Source: a virus
Lineage: Duplodnaviria; Caudoviricetes
Virus record (IMG/VR): IMGVR_UViG_3300026187_000072
Coordinates: 1 to 27,875 of that record
Reading direction: 5' to 3' (one strand)
DNA: 27,875 bases
The notes beneath the pieces are model-generated. The model ran no database searches and had not been told where the DNA came from. It saw nothing but the letters and a program-made list of their open reading frames with translations. The translations under genes and the position numbers were made by a program. This document shows positions 1 to 10,300 of this stretch, in pieces; within the stretch, counting starts at the first letter, position 1, and every line of letters begins with the position of its first letter.

Positions 1-33
1 CGTCCAGAGTGTGCTATCGAATTGATCGCATAA
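1..33 (+). CDS. gp10: 3' end of major capsid protein (T7 gp10-like), partial
   Basis: Frame 1 reads RPECAIELIA*, matching the (L)RPE(C/A)A-E-L C-terminus of T7-like capsid proteins; lies directly upstream of tail tube A as in T7 gene order. Confidence 0.8.
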   Translation, partial: RPECAIELIA

Positions 34-42
34 CCTGTTTTC

Positions 43-97
43 TCTCGGTGTTGGGAGGTCTGTGATTCGTTCCGCTCCCTCCATCGGGATTAATTTT
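43..97 (+). terminator. Stem-loop after capsid gene (position of T7 Tphi)
   Basis: TCTCGGTG pairs with CATCGGGA (with G-U) and GGGAG with CTCCC; followed by TTAATTTT. Confidence 0.55.
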
Positions 98-108
98 ATA
101 TACATATC

Positions 109-687
109 ATGGCACTGACGACGAAACTAGAAGCTGTAAATACAATGATCTCCGTTATTGGGGAAGCACCTATCAATACACTTACAGGCGTTAGTCTGCC
201 AATATCAGCTATACAAGCTCAAGCTGCATTAGAAGAAACAAGTAGAGCTATTCAGTCAGAAGGTTGGCACTGCAACACAGAACACGAATACGAACTGACT
301 CCGGATGCCTCGTCAAAAAGAATAACACTTCCGGCTAACACTTTGAAGTTTGACCTCGATCCATTGTTATACACCAGTGTTGATCCTGTACAAAGAGGTC
401 TGAAATTATACGACAGAAAGAACCACACAGAACAGTGGGACTCTAGCGTAAAAGGAACTATTACATTTGAATTAGAGTTTGAAGATTTGCCAGAACAGAT
501 CAGACATTATATTGCTGTTAAGGCTGCCAGAGTATTCGCTAATCGATTCATAGGCACTCGTGAGATAGAAGGGTTTACCCTTAGAGATGAAGTAGAAGCG
601 AAAGCCCGTGCAATCGATAGCGACTCTGAGAATGCAGACAGAACGATCTTCGACAGCTACAGCGTCTTACGAGTATTAGATAGATAA
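109..687 (+). CDS. gp11: Tail tubular protein A (gatekeeper/adaptor, T7 gp11-like)
   Basis: 192 aa; N-terminal T(K)LEAVN-M---IGE-P, IQSEGW-(C/F)N-E and FEDLP motifs typical of gp11; position after capsid. Confidence 0.93.
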   Translation: MALTTKLEAVNTMISVIGEAPINTLTGVSLPISAIQAQAALEETSRAIQSEGWHCNTEHEYELTPDASSKRITLPANTLKFDLDPLLYTSVDPVQRGLKLYDRKNHTEQWDSSVKGTITFELEFEDLPEQIRHYIAVKAARVFANRFIGTREIEGFTLRDEVEAKARAIDSDSENADRTIFDSYSVLRVLDR

Positions 688-691
688 AGCG

Positions 692-3600
692 ATGCCGTTG
701 GTCGTAACAAGCGTTCCTAACCTCGCTCAAGGGGTATCTCAACAACCAGATAACTTACGGTATCCTGGACAGTGTGACGAACAAATCAATGCTTGGGCTA
801 CTGTTGTTGAAGGATTGGTAAAGCGTCCGAATACCAGATGGATCAATGAATTTAACAGTGGTTCTACACCTACCAATCTATTCACACACTTCGTAAAAAG
901 AGATGAACAAAACAAGTATTGTGTCACTGTGTCTCTTGGTAGCGGTACTCCTTCACTTGGTGTTATTGATCTTGCTAGCGGAACAAACATCCCAGTAACT
1001 ACTACATCTATTGCACAGAGTTACCTCAGTGGTATCAGTAGTCCGTTAACAGACATACGAGCACTGACAGTAGCTGACTACACATTCCTTGTTAATAGAA
1101 CAAAAGAGGTTGATAAGAATCCAGTATCACTAGGTCAAATACCAGCTGATGAAGCTCTTGTGTTTGTTAAGCTGGGAGATTACGAGAAGGCATACAGTAT
1201 TTATATAGATGACAGTTTAGTGCCTCCTGATACATCCCTTGACAACCACCACGAATATGTTCATGTTCCAAATGCTCAACCTTCTACTTATATTAGCGGT
1301 CCTAGCTCAGGTACTCACGCAGGTAAACACGCTGATACTGAATTTATAGCTAAAGATTTAAAGTTATGTTTAGATAGTGAGTTAGGAACTGGAGCTACTC
1401 TAATAGGTATAGATGAGATTCAAGTCGTTAATGGAGGAAGCTATTTCATAGGTGGAGACGCAAGTTATAAAGTAGAAGTAGAAGTCACACAACCTACATT
1501 CGGTGACGGTACAGCATCGGCTTTAGGTGTCGCTAATATAAATTGTACCCTTATAACCTCCACTGGAATGTGCTTTGGAGAGATAGCTAGCGTAGACATG
1601 ATTCGTAAAGGTACTGGTTTCAGCTCAGACCAATCGACTTATCCTTTAGTATTTACTGTGAGAGAGTATTACTGGCGGGAAGGTATAGGTTGGTATCCCT
1701 GGCCTAGTGCTTTAACTGGAGGTGGTGGTGAAAGTTTGACCGCTACTACAACTTCTAGGGCTAATGTAGACATAACTAGAAAAGGTAGTGTAATCAAAAT
1801 AAAAAGTAACGACGGTCCGTTTAAGATACGAGTAGAAGATGGACTAGCAAATGAAGGTTTAGGATTAGCGTATCAAGAAGTAGCTAGCATTACTGATCTA
1901 CCTAAATCTTGTTTTAATGGTTTTTCTATAAAAGTAAAAGGTGATGCTGATATAGACCAAGACGATTACTTCGTTAGATTCTCTACTAAAGATAAGTCAG
2001 AGTTTGGAGAAGGTACTTGGGTTGAATGTCTTGGATGGACAAGAGATGAATCTGAGAGTGGTGTGTTAACAGCTATAGAAACTACTTTAGATGCTACTAC
2101 TATGCCTGTTACTTTGGTTCCTGTGTTTACAGGAGATGATATAACATCATTTAAATTACAATCACCAGAAGAAGATTTAAACCTAACACCGCCAGAAACA
2201 AGTGGGTGGGCAAAAAGAGCAGCTGGTAACGACGGAACCAATCCATTCCCATCTTTTGTAGGTAAAACCATCAACGATGTATTCTTCTTTAAGAACCGTT
2301 TAGGATTCCTCACAGATAGCAATGTTATCTTCTCCGAAGCAGATGAATACTTTAACTTCTTCCGTACTACTACACAGCAGTTGTTAGACAGTGCACCGAT
2401 AGATGTAGGATTAAGCCACACAAAGGTAGCAATTCTTCAACACGCTCTACCGTTCCAAGAGAAGTTGATGTTATTCAGTGATAACTCACAGTTCGTATTG
2501 AGAGGGGCAGATGTGTTATCACCTAAGACTGTAGCAATATCTCCAGTCACAGAGTACGATATATCAGACGGTATCGCTCCACTTGCACTTGGTCCTTATA
2601 TCTACTTTCCATTTAATCGTGGACAATACGAAGGAATGTTTGAGTACTTTGTTGATAACAACACTGAGGTATTTGAAGCGGAAGAGATAACATCACAGAT
2701 ACCTAAGTATATACCATCCAAGATTAAACAGATGGCTGGATCAGCTTCTGAGTCGATGGTGTTGTTACAAGATAATACAGATGCTAAGACACTATATGTC
2801 TATAAGTACTTCTGGAGTGGTAAAGAAAAGATACAGAGTGCTTGGCAGAAGTGGACATTTGATGACGATGTTACAGGATTTGATTTTATAGACAGTACAT
2901 TATACTTAATACTTAACGGTAAGGTGTTAGTAGAGATGCCTGTTGAGAATGCTCTGACAGATGTCGGATTGGATTATACATTGTTATTAGACAACAGAGT
3001 GGATGGGGATAGGGATTACGATAACGATAACTTCCCTGACTTACTTGTTAATTACGACGAAGAAACTAATAGAACTACTATATCTAATCTACCAGACGGA
3101 TACGGAGCTACTGTTGATAATACTACAGTGTTCACTAAGGGTGGATCAGAGCGTAAGCTAGTCGGATCAAGTAGCGGTACATCTGTAGAGATCGAAGGAT
3201 TCATAGCTAGTTATGTAGATAACGGAGGAGCTTATGTTCAGTATGATGGAGAGTATTACTACTGTATAAAGACCCACACATCCGTTTCTACTTTTGAATC
3301 ACAGTACTGGAGAAAAGCAGTATATCCACTAGAGGATACACCAGCCTGGTCACCATCTGTTACTTACTTTCAGGGTACTATTTATAGGTGTCAAATTAAC
3401 CACACATCACCTTCCAACTTTGCTACAGGCATACATTGGCAATCAACTACTGAAGTACCTTCCGCTCCTGAATGGGGACCGAATATATTCTACAACAATA
3501 AATATTACTTTGTAGTGGGTAAGCCGTACAATATGTTGTACAGGTTCTCCAATCAAGCGTTGAAGCAACCAACAGAAAGAGGAGGACGCAGTGCATCTGA

Positions 3601-3901
3601 TTACACATACCAAACTATTCGTAACGCTAGTATAGAGTACGCAGATACCGGACACTTCACAGTAGAAGTAACTTCCCGATTCAGAGATACTTACAGCTAT
3701 GTATACAATCCAGCTGTGTTATCTTCTATATCTACTCTTGATAGATTCACCCCAGAGAGCGGACACTTTAGATTTGGTGTACAGTGCAGACCAGAAGAAG
3801 CTACGATTGAAGTGAAGAGTAGTTCTGCCTTGCCAGTCAAGTTGTTAGCTGCAGAGTTTGAATCGATGGTAACTGGGAGAAGTAAACGATATGGAGCTTA
3901 G
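692..3901 (+). CDS. gp12: Tail tubular protein B (nozzle, T7 gp12-like) with large insertions
   Basis: PNL-QGVSQQPD, GLVKRP, VADYTFLVN, W--R-AG----NP-PSFVG--I-DVFFF-NRLGFL, D-PID, KIQSAWQKW motifs; 1069 aa versus about 800 aa in T7. Confidence 0.93.
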   Translation: MPLVVTSVPNLAQGVSQQPDNLRYPGQCDEQINAWATVVEGLVKRPNTRWINEFNSGSTPTNLFTHFVKRDEQNKYCVTVSLGSGTPSLGVIDLASGTNIPVTTTSIAQSYLSGISSPLTDIRALTVADYTFLVNRTKEVDKNPVSLGQIPADEALVFVKLGDYEKAYSIYIDDSLVPPDTSLDNHHEYVHVPNAQPSTYISGPSSGTHAGKHADTEFIAKDLKLCLDSELGTGATLIGIDEIQVVNGGSYFIGGDASYKVEVEVTQPTFGDGTASALGVANINCTLITSTGMCFGEIASVDMIRKGTGFSSDQSTYPLVFTVREYYWREGIGWYPWPSALTGGGGESLTATTTSRANVDITRKGSVIKIKSNDGPFKIRVEDGLANEGLGLAYQEVASITDLPKSCFNGFSIKVKGDADIDQDDYFVRFSTKDKSEFGEGTWVECLGWTRDESESGVLTAIETTLDATTMPVTLVPVFTGDDITSFKLQSPEEDLNLTPPETSGWAKRAAGNDGTNPFPSFVGKTINDVFFFKNRLGFLTDSNVIFSEADEYFNFFRTTTQQLLDSAPIDVGLSHTKVAILQHALPFQEKLMLFSDNSQFVLRGADVLSPKTVAISPVTEYDISDGIAPLALGPYIYFPFNRGQYEGMFEYFVDNNTEVFEAEEITSQIPKYIPSKIKQMAGSASESMVLLQDNTDAKTLYVYKYFWSGKEKIQSAWQKWTFDDDVTGFDFIDSTLYLILNGKVLVEMPVENALTDVGLDYTLLLDNRVDGDRDYDNDNFPDLLVNYDEETNRTTISNLPDGYGATVDNTTVFTKGGSERKLVGSSSGTSVEIEGFIASYVDNGGAYVQYDGEYYYCIKTHTSVSTFESQYWRKAVYPLEDTPAWSPSVTYFQGTIYRCQINHTSPSNFATGIHWQSTTEVPSAPEWGPNIFYNNKYYFVVGKPYNMLYRFSNQALKQPTERGGRSASDYTYQTIRNASIEYADTGHFTVEVTSRFRDTYSYVYNPAVLSSISTLDRFTPESGHFRFGVQCRPEEATIEVKSSSALPVKLLAAEFESMVTGRSKRYGA

Positions 3902-4337
3902 AATAGATGAAGCACAACTTGATATGGATGCTCCTGATTTGTACGAAGACTTACGGGAGGAAGATATGTTAGAGATCCTTGGATTAATGTCCCACCCTAG
4001 AGATGCTGTGTATATGTCTTACGCTACATCCAGCAAGTGCTACAGTGTAAAGGATGATAACAACTATCTATACTGTTCATTTGGAGTGGCTCCTATCAAC
4101 GGTACTAATATCGGAAGTGCTTGGTTATTAGGTACTAGAAGATTACCAAAGATTAAGAAGTTCTTCTTACAACACTCTAAGGAGCGGATGGAGGAGTTAC
4201 TAGTAGGATTTGATTACTTAACTAACTTTGTTATGCGTACTAACACACTGAGCATTAGATGGTTGGAGTGGTTAGGTGCTGAGTTTAACGATTGTCAGTA
4301 CGATAACTATCTGTCATTTATATTAGAGAGGAAGTAA
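3891..4337 (+). CDS. Internal virion protein A-like (gp13 position), putative acetyltransferase-fold protein
   Basis: 148 aa; LREED-LE, G-AWLLGT, L-NFV---N-LSIRWLEWLGAEF motifs; synteny. Confidence 0.75.
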   Translation: MELRIDEAQLDMDAPDLYEDLREEDMLEILGLMSHPRDAVYMSYATSSKCYSVKDDNNYLYCSFGVAPINGTNIGSAWLLGTRRLPKIKKFFLQHSKERMEELLVGFDYLTNFVMRTNTLSIRWLEWLGAEFNDCQYDNYLSFILERK

Positions 4338-4344
4338 TTTTGTT

Positions 4345-4989
4345 ATGTGTTTTCCAGCAATAGGAGCTTTAGTAGCAGGTTATGGTTCTGTGTCAGCAGC
4401 TACCGCAGCCGGAGTATCTGCAGCAACTTTAACAACTACAGGGCTTGCTGCAACAACCGGTGCTTTAGGTGTAGCTAGTTCGGCTATGCAGTTTGCAGGT
4501 CAACGACAACAAGCTAAACAACAAGCAGCTTACCAACAACAAGCACAAGCAGCAGAGCGTCAGCGTTTCCAGCAAGAACAAACTTCGATGCGTATGCGTC
4601 AAGCACAAGAGCAGGAAGCTGTTGGACGGGAACTTGAACAAGTCAGTCGTAAATCACAAGCAGCACTTGCTAGAGCTAGAGTATCTGCTGGAGAAGCAGG
4701 AGTAGCAGGTGCGAGCGTTCAAGCGTTGATGGATGACTATATGAGACAAGAAGCTGGGTATCGTAGTGCTTTGTTAAGACAGCAAGAGCTTGGAGCATTA
4801 GGTACAGGCTTAGGACTTGAACAAGCAGGGTTTGCTACACAACAGCGTCAGATCGGATTGTCACAACCAATAGATAGACCAAGCGGTTTAGGTGCTGTGT
4901 TAGGCGGTATACAAAGCGGTCTTAGCGGTTATCGTACAGGACTTGATATAGGAAGCAGACTTCCAACTAAATCTACAAAGACAGCATAA
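4345..4989 (+). CDS. Internal virion (ejection) protein B, gp14-like
   Basis: MC start, Ala/Gly-rich hydrophobic N-terminus, Gln-rich helix, AGE-GV-G-SV motif; synteny. Confidence 0.78.
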   Translation: MCFPAIGALVAGYGSVSAATAAGVSAATLTTTGLAATTGALGVASSAMQFAGQRQQAKQQAAYQQQAQAAERQRFQQEQTSMRMRQAQEQEAVGRELEQVSRKSQAALARARVSAGEAGVAGASVQALMDDYMRQEAGYRSALLRQQELGALGTGLGLEQAGFATQQRQIGLSQPIDRPSGLGAVLGGIQSGLSGYRTGLDIGSRLPTKSTKTA

Positions 4990-7361
4990 TGGCTAAGGAA
5001 CGAGTACAAGTACAAGGACTAGGGGATGTTGCTCCTGGTATTCAGCCTACCATTCAACGAGCAGGTCAGTACGGCATTCAGATGCAGAAGGCTGGTCGTA
5101 ACAAGTTGATGGATTTAGCGGATGCTTTAGGTCAAGTTAATCCAGCACTGCAAGCATACGGACAAGTTCAGAAGTTCCAGTACGAAAAAGGATTAGAGCG
5201 TGGTGAGATGGAGGCAGCTACTGCTGATCTTGAACAATCGATTGAAGGATTAGATGCAACCGGAGAGAAGTTAGTAGAGCAAGGATTGTTACCTAGATCA
5301 CAACTTGTTGGTTATCAACGAGCATATCGAAGACGCATTGGTCAGAGGGTCGGTAGAAAGACTTACGCTAGTAACTTAGAAGCTAGGATGGAAGAGGTAA
5401 CTCAGAACCTAGACAGCGATGCAGACATCATAGAGAATATAATAGCTGAAGAAAGACAGAAGATAGCAGATCAGTTAGGTGGTTCTCAATTCGCTATGCA
5501 AGGATTCGGTGATTATGCTGACTCTATTGAGAATAGTTTTTATAACAACGCTGTTAAGCGGAGAGACAAAGCCACTCAAGAGCACAACGAAAGCTTAGTT
5601 ATTGAAGATGCTAATGATAGATTTCCTAATCAGATACTAGAGGCTAGTGTAGAGGACGACTATAAAGATTTCGAGAATAGCTTAAAAACTTGGATGGAAG
5701 AACGAGCTAAAGAGGATCGTATACCAAGGTCTAGGATGGTTGAGTTAATTTGGAACGGAATGGCGAAGACAGCTGTAAGCGATCTGTTATTTCAAAAACA
5801 ACCAGACAAAGCTGAAAAGATTTTAAATGCTATAACAAGTGTAGATTTAACAGGCGAAGGCGGTAAGTTAGGAAATATAAATAGACCTAACGCTGAGATC
5901 AGGAAAGAAACTTTAATTTTTAAATCTCAAATACAAGAATTAAAAGAGGCTATTAAAAAGGATGTTGAGTTTGATGCTAATGATATAATGACTGTATTTA
6001 ATGCAGCTTTACATCCGATAGTTGACGGTCCTTCTGGAATAGAAAGTGTAGACAACACTAGCTTATCAGCCGTTCAAGCCTTCCTGAAAGATGTAGGTTT
6101 TGAGGGTGATATAGAAAAAGAAGCAAATGATTTACTGAAATCAGGAACACCGAACAGGTTGCTTTCTTATACTAGATTATATTACGCTAACGACGCTAAG
6201 AGAGAAGCTTATGGTTTGGCGTTACCTAAAATGGACCTTGCGATTGTTCAGAGGCAAGATAGGGCAAGAGCTTCATTACCTAGAGATGAACTAGAAGATG
6301 TTGAAGGTGCTATAAAAGAAGGAGTGGGGCGCGGAATTAAGGCTAAAGATATATTAGACTCTTATGATCCGAGCGGACCTATAACTGATCCCGCTGCTAA
6401 AGCTATTGCTGCTAGAGTGGAACTTGAGGAAAAAGAGAATACTTGGTTTGAAAGAGATGAAAGCTATAAAGACTACCGTAGCAGCTTAGATGCAGGGTTT
6501 GAAGATACATTACTAGAGTTTTATCCTAAATTAAAAGTTGGGGATGTCCGAAGGGAAATAGATAGCGACACTCCTATATTTAAAGATTTATATAATAAAA
6601 AGATAAAAGAAGCTCAGATAAAATTAAAGAACGCCCCAGATAGACTTGAAGCAATAAAGTCCAAGTTTGAAGAAATTAAAACTGAAGTGATGGGTAATTG
6701 GTCTGATTTTGTTAAAGCTAAACAGTTTTATGAAGAAGGTACGATAGTTGGCATTGAGCAAGCTAAAGCTAAAGGAGAAGAGTTCTTAGATGCTTTAGAC
6801 ATAAATGAGGAAACCTCTCAAGAGAAACTAGAATCTATTATAAAACCAGTATCTAAAGGATTTCTTAAAAGTATAACAGATTTTGGACCACCTACGGAAG
6901 AAGAGAAAGAAATGGAAAAACAATCTAAAATAATTAGAAATGTTGATCTTAATGAGCTTGGTCCGAATAAAATAAAAGATAGAAGAATAGCTTGGAATAA
7001 AGCTAATGTTGTTAAAAATGCATACAACAAAAACCCTGATAATGTAGATTTAATCAATATATATGAATTGATGCGTAGGAAATGGGGCTACCAGAATCCT
7101 AGTGAGTATTTATCAGATAGATCAGAGTTTGAGTTAGATTTTAGAGAGACTCCATTTTATACAGACAAGATAGCTTTGAAGGAAGAGGTAGTTGGTTTAT
7201 TTCAAGAATGGTCTGTGTATTCAAAAACACCCAAAGCTGAAAGGGACTTAGATGCTTTTCCTATCTTTAAAAAATGGAATGAGGTTTTTGGTGTTATCGA
7301 CGATAAAGATATTTTATTGGTAAAAGACGCACAACTTAACATACTGAAAGCACAACAGTAA
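4989..7361 (+). CDS. Internal virion (ejection) protein C, gp15-like
   Basis: 790 aa, helical and charged; LADALGQVNPAL N-terminal motif; size and position between gp14 and gp16 equivalents. Confidence 0.68.
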   Translation: MAKERVQVQGLGDVAPGIQPTIQRAGQYGIQMQKAGRNKLMDLADALGQVNPALQAYGQVQKFQYEKGLERGEMEAATADLEQSIEGLDATGEKLVEQGLLPRSQLVGYQRAYRRRIGQRVGRKTYASNLEARMEEVTQNLDSDADIIENIIAEERQKIADQLGGSQFAMQGFGDYADSIENSFYNNAVKRRDKATQEHNESLVIEDANDRFPNQILEASVEDDYKDFENSLKTWMEERAKEDRIPRSRMVELIWNGMAKTAVSDLLFQKQPDKAEKILNAITSVDLTGEGGKLGNINRPNAEIRKETLIFKSQIQELKEAIKKDVEFDANDIMTVFNAALHPIVDGPSGIESVDNTSLSAVQAFLKDVGFEGDIEKEANDLLKSGTPNRLLSYTRLYYANDAKREAYGLALPKMDLAIVQRQDRARASLPRDELEDVEGAIKEGVGRGIKAKDILDSYDPSGPITDPAAKAIAARVELEEKENTWFERDESYKDYRSSLDAGFEDTLLEFYPKLKVGDVRREIDSDTPIFKDLYNKKIKEAQIKLKNAPDRLEAIKSKFEEIKTEVMGNWSDFVKAKQFYEEGTIVGIEQAKAKGEEFLDALDINEETSQEKLESIIKPVSKGFLKSITDFGPPTEEEKEMEKQSKIIRNVDLNELGPNKIKDRRIAWNKANVVKNAYNKNPDNVDLINIYELMRRKWGYQNPSEYLSDRSEFELDFRETPFYTDKIALKEEVVGLFQEWSVYSKTPKAERDLDAFPIFKKWNEVFGVIDDKDILLVKDAQLNILKAQQ

Positions 7362-7362
7362 C

Positions 7363-10300
7363 ATGGCTACTGAAGAAGAATGGTTAGCTGGTTTTGATAC
7401 AGAAGCCGATCAAGCTGGAGATGTAACAACAGAAGTTAAACCACAGGAGGTTCCTCAAGATTGGGTAGCTGGTTTTGGAGATGAAGAGGAAGATGAGGTT
7501 GTAGATTTTGTTGATGAGGAACCAGTAAGAGGAAACGAAAGTGAACCGTTTTGGCATCCTTGGGTTAGACAAGCTACAGCTACATATCTTACAAGGCACA
7601 AACCCGCTGCTGAAATAATACAGAGATCAGCTGTTAGAACGGCTGAAGACTTATACAATGTAGTTAATGAAGGTATTCCGCTGGGTGATGGTAAAGCTGC
7701 TCGGTGGGAAGAAGAGTGGCTAGGCGATCCTAAGAATGCAGTAGTAGATATTAGTGCAGATATAGGATCGTGGTTAACATCTTTCTTTAGTGTTGGTGGT
7801 TTATTTACTAAGACCGTAACACTACCTGCTCAACTTCCTAAAATACAAAAAGGACTAGCGGTCGGTAAGGAATTATTTACATCTACTAAACTTGGTAAAA
7901 AACTATTTGGGGTAACTAAAGTAGCTTCAGAAGGTTTTTTAAAAGGTGCTGTAGCTGATTATATACGAACTGATGTTGATGATTTAGAAGCTAAAGAAGC
8001 AGTAGATAAAAGACTAGAGGAGTTATATATTGGAGCTGCTATGGGAGCTGGTGTTAACTTAACTGTTAACGGTTTAGGTAGGGTTATAGCTGCGGGTTCA
8101 AGGAAGATAGAAGCATTACGACAAGTCAGGAAAGCTTCTGAAGGAAAAGCTGATCCGGAGAAAGCGTTGAAAGATTTAAAGGAAGCTGTTGAAGAAGAGA
8201 ACGCTATTAAGCAAGACCTTAGTGAACAGATCGATCCAGCTAAAAACGACTTTGATGTGGAGCTTAAACCAAAGGTTGATGAGCCTGAATTGGAGGACTT
8301 TGATTTAGAATTTAAACCTAAAGCAGAAGAAACCCTTAAGCCTGAAGTAGAGACACCTGTCATTGAGAAACCTAAACCAAAGGTGGACCCAGCTGATGAA
8401 GTATTTCAATTTATACAAGGACAAAGAAACTACCCATTACAAGTACAAGCCTTGGTCCAAGAGACTATTAAGCTTAGTCAGCGTTTAACACCTAAAGTAA
8501 ATAGTTTAGTAGAAGATATATCAAAGCTAGATAATGCTGTGTTAAAAGAGTCTAATGTTGATGTAGGTAAATCCTTTGATGAAATAAAAAGTAAAATAAT
8601 AACACTTGAGGACGAGCTGCTTAGAAATAGAAAACTCGTAGATATAAGAGCTAAGGTAGGAAATTTCGCAGGAAGATTACTCGCTGGTTTTAGAAAGAAA
8701 GAGGTAGTGGATTTAACTAAACCTTTTGAATATAAACCAGAGGTACGCAAGCAGTTAGATAATATAGATACTTTATTAAATCTAATAAATAGCGTAAAGA
8801 CGGGTACTAACTACGGACAAGATATTGTTAAAAGATTAAGAACTGAATTATCTTTGTTGGATGAAGTAGCTGAAACAGGTAACTTAGCTGCTGCGTTAGA
8901 CAAACAATTTAACCTTACAGCCGAGAGTAGCTTAAACACTATTTGGGGTAACTATAAACAAAGAATAAGTAAACAAGTAATTAAAGAACTTAGGACTAAA
9001 GAACCAACTAATAAAGCAGCGTTGGAGTTATTTTCTAACAGAGTCACGACTACATTAAATGGTGCACTGAAGGGTAATAAAAAGGTAGCCAAGAAAGTAA
9101 AGACAGCTTTAGCTGATGTTCAAGATATAGTTAAGAACCCTGGTAAATACAGAGAATCCATAGATCAAATCATATCGGATATAACTAAAGCTAAAGACAT
9201 ACCAGCCGACGAAGTAAACAGGTCTTTACGGATACTGGAAGATTTAAAAGAAGGTGTTAACAGTCAAAGATTTATAGATAGCTTGCCTAATAGGGGTAAG
9301 ATAGTAGAGAAAATATTAAGAGAAGAAGTTGAGAACATAGGTAATAAGATCAGAGCTGCTGTTAATTCAGGAACCGAGAGGCAGTTAGTTGATGATGTTA
9401 TGTCCGATCTATCTGGTAAAATAAAAGAACTGAGTCAATCGGAGAAAGATATTTTATTAAATACGATACGAGTAGAACTAGCTAACACTGTAGCTTCTGT
9501 GCGGGATAGTATACTAGGAAACTTTAAATCTAAAGAACTGTACAAGCAGTATTCATTGAAATCTCAAATAAGAGAGTTGGATGAAATGGCTGATAAAAGC
9601 ATAGCTGAGATAAAAGAGTATTTAAAAGTTAACGCCAGAAAAGCACAAGTTGACCCCGAAGGTATTAAACAATTAAAGACAGAAGTCAGACAGTCTAGGA
9701 AAGTATTAACAGATATACTAAAGAACGAAGAGATCGCAGCTAAGAATGAATTTAATAAAGAATTTCTTAAGGCATTCCAGGCGATGGGTAGACACGGCAC
9801 TGAAGGTATTAATAACATAGAGTTATCACTTAGAGCTTTAGAAACCTATAGAATGAATACCGGTTTGTTAATGGGCTTCAGAACTTTTCTTGTAGGTCTA
9901 CCTTCTGGTATTATTAATTTAACATTACAACCACTTGAAACAGCTTTAAAAACTTTATTAAAAACAAAAAACTTACAAAAGATAAATAGATTAAATAGAG
10001 AAGTAAAAGCACATAAGTTAGCTATTGCTGAAATAGCTGCTACAAAATCATACTTCTCATCTTTTGTAGACGCATTGAGGGTGGCTAAGAACACACTTAA
10101 ATACGGAGATGAGGGTTCTTTTATGCCTCAAATAATGAGAAGGCATGAAGAAGATTTAACTAGCGTGTTGGACTCGGTAAAAGCTAAAGAAAAGCCTTAC
10201 ACTATAAACTTTAAAAACAAAAAAGAACTTGAGAAAATGGTAAAAGCTTACGGTGTAGATAACCCAGAGAATGCTACATTATTTAGAAGATTCCTAGAAG

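Noticed and set aside
4493-4705. Alternative-frame + ORF inside the gp14-like gene
   Set aside because: N/K-rich by-product of the CAA/GCA Gln-Ala codon run
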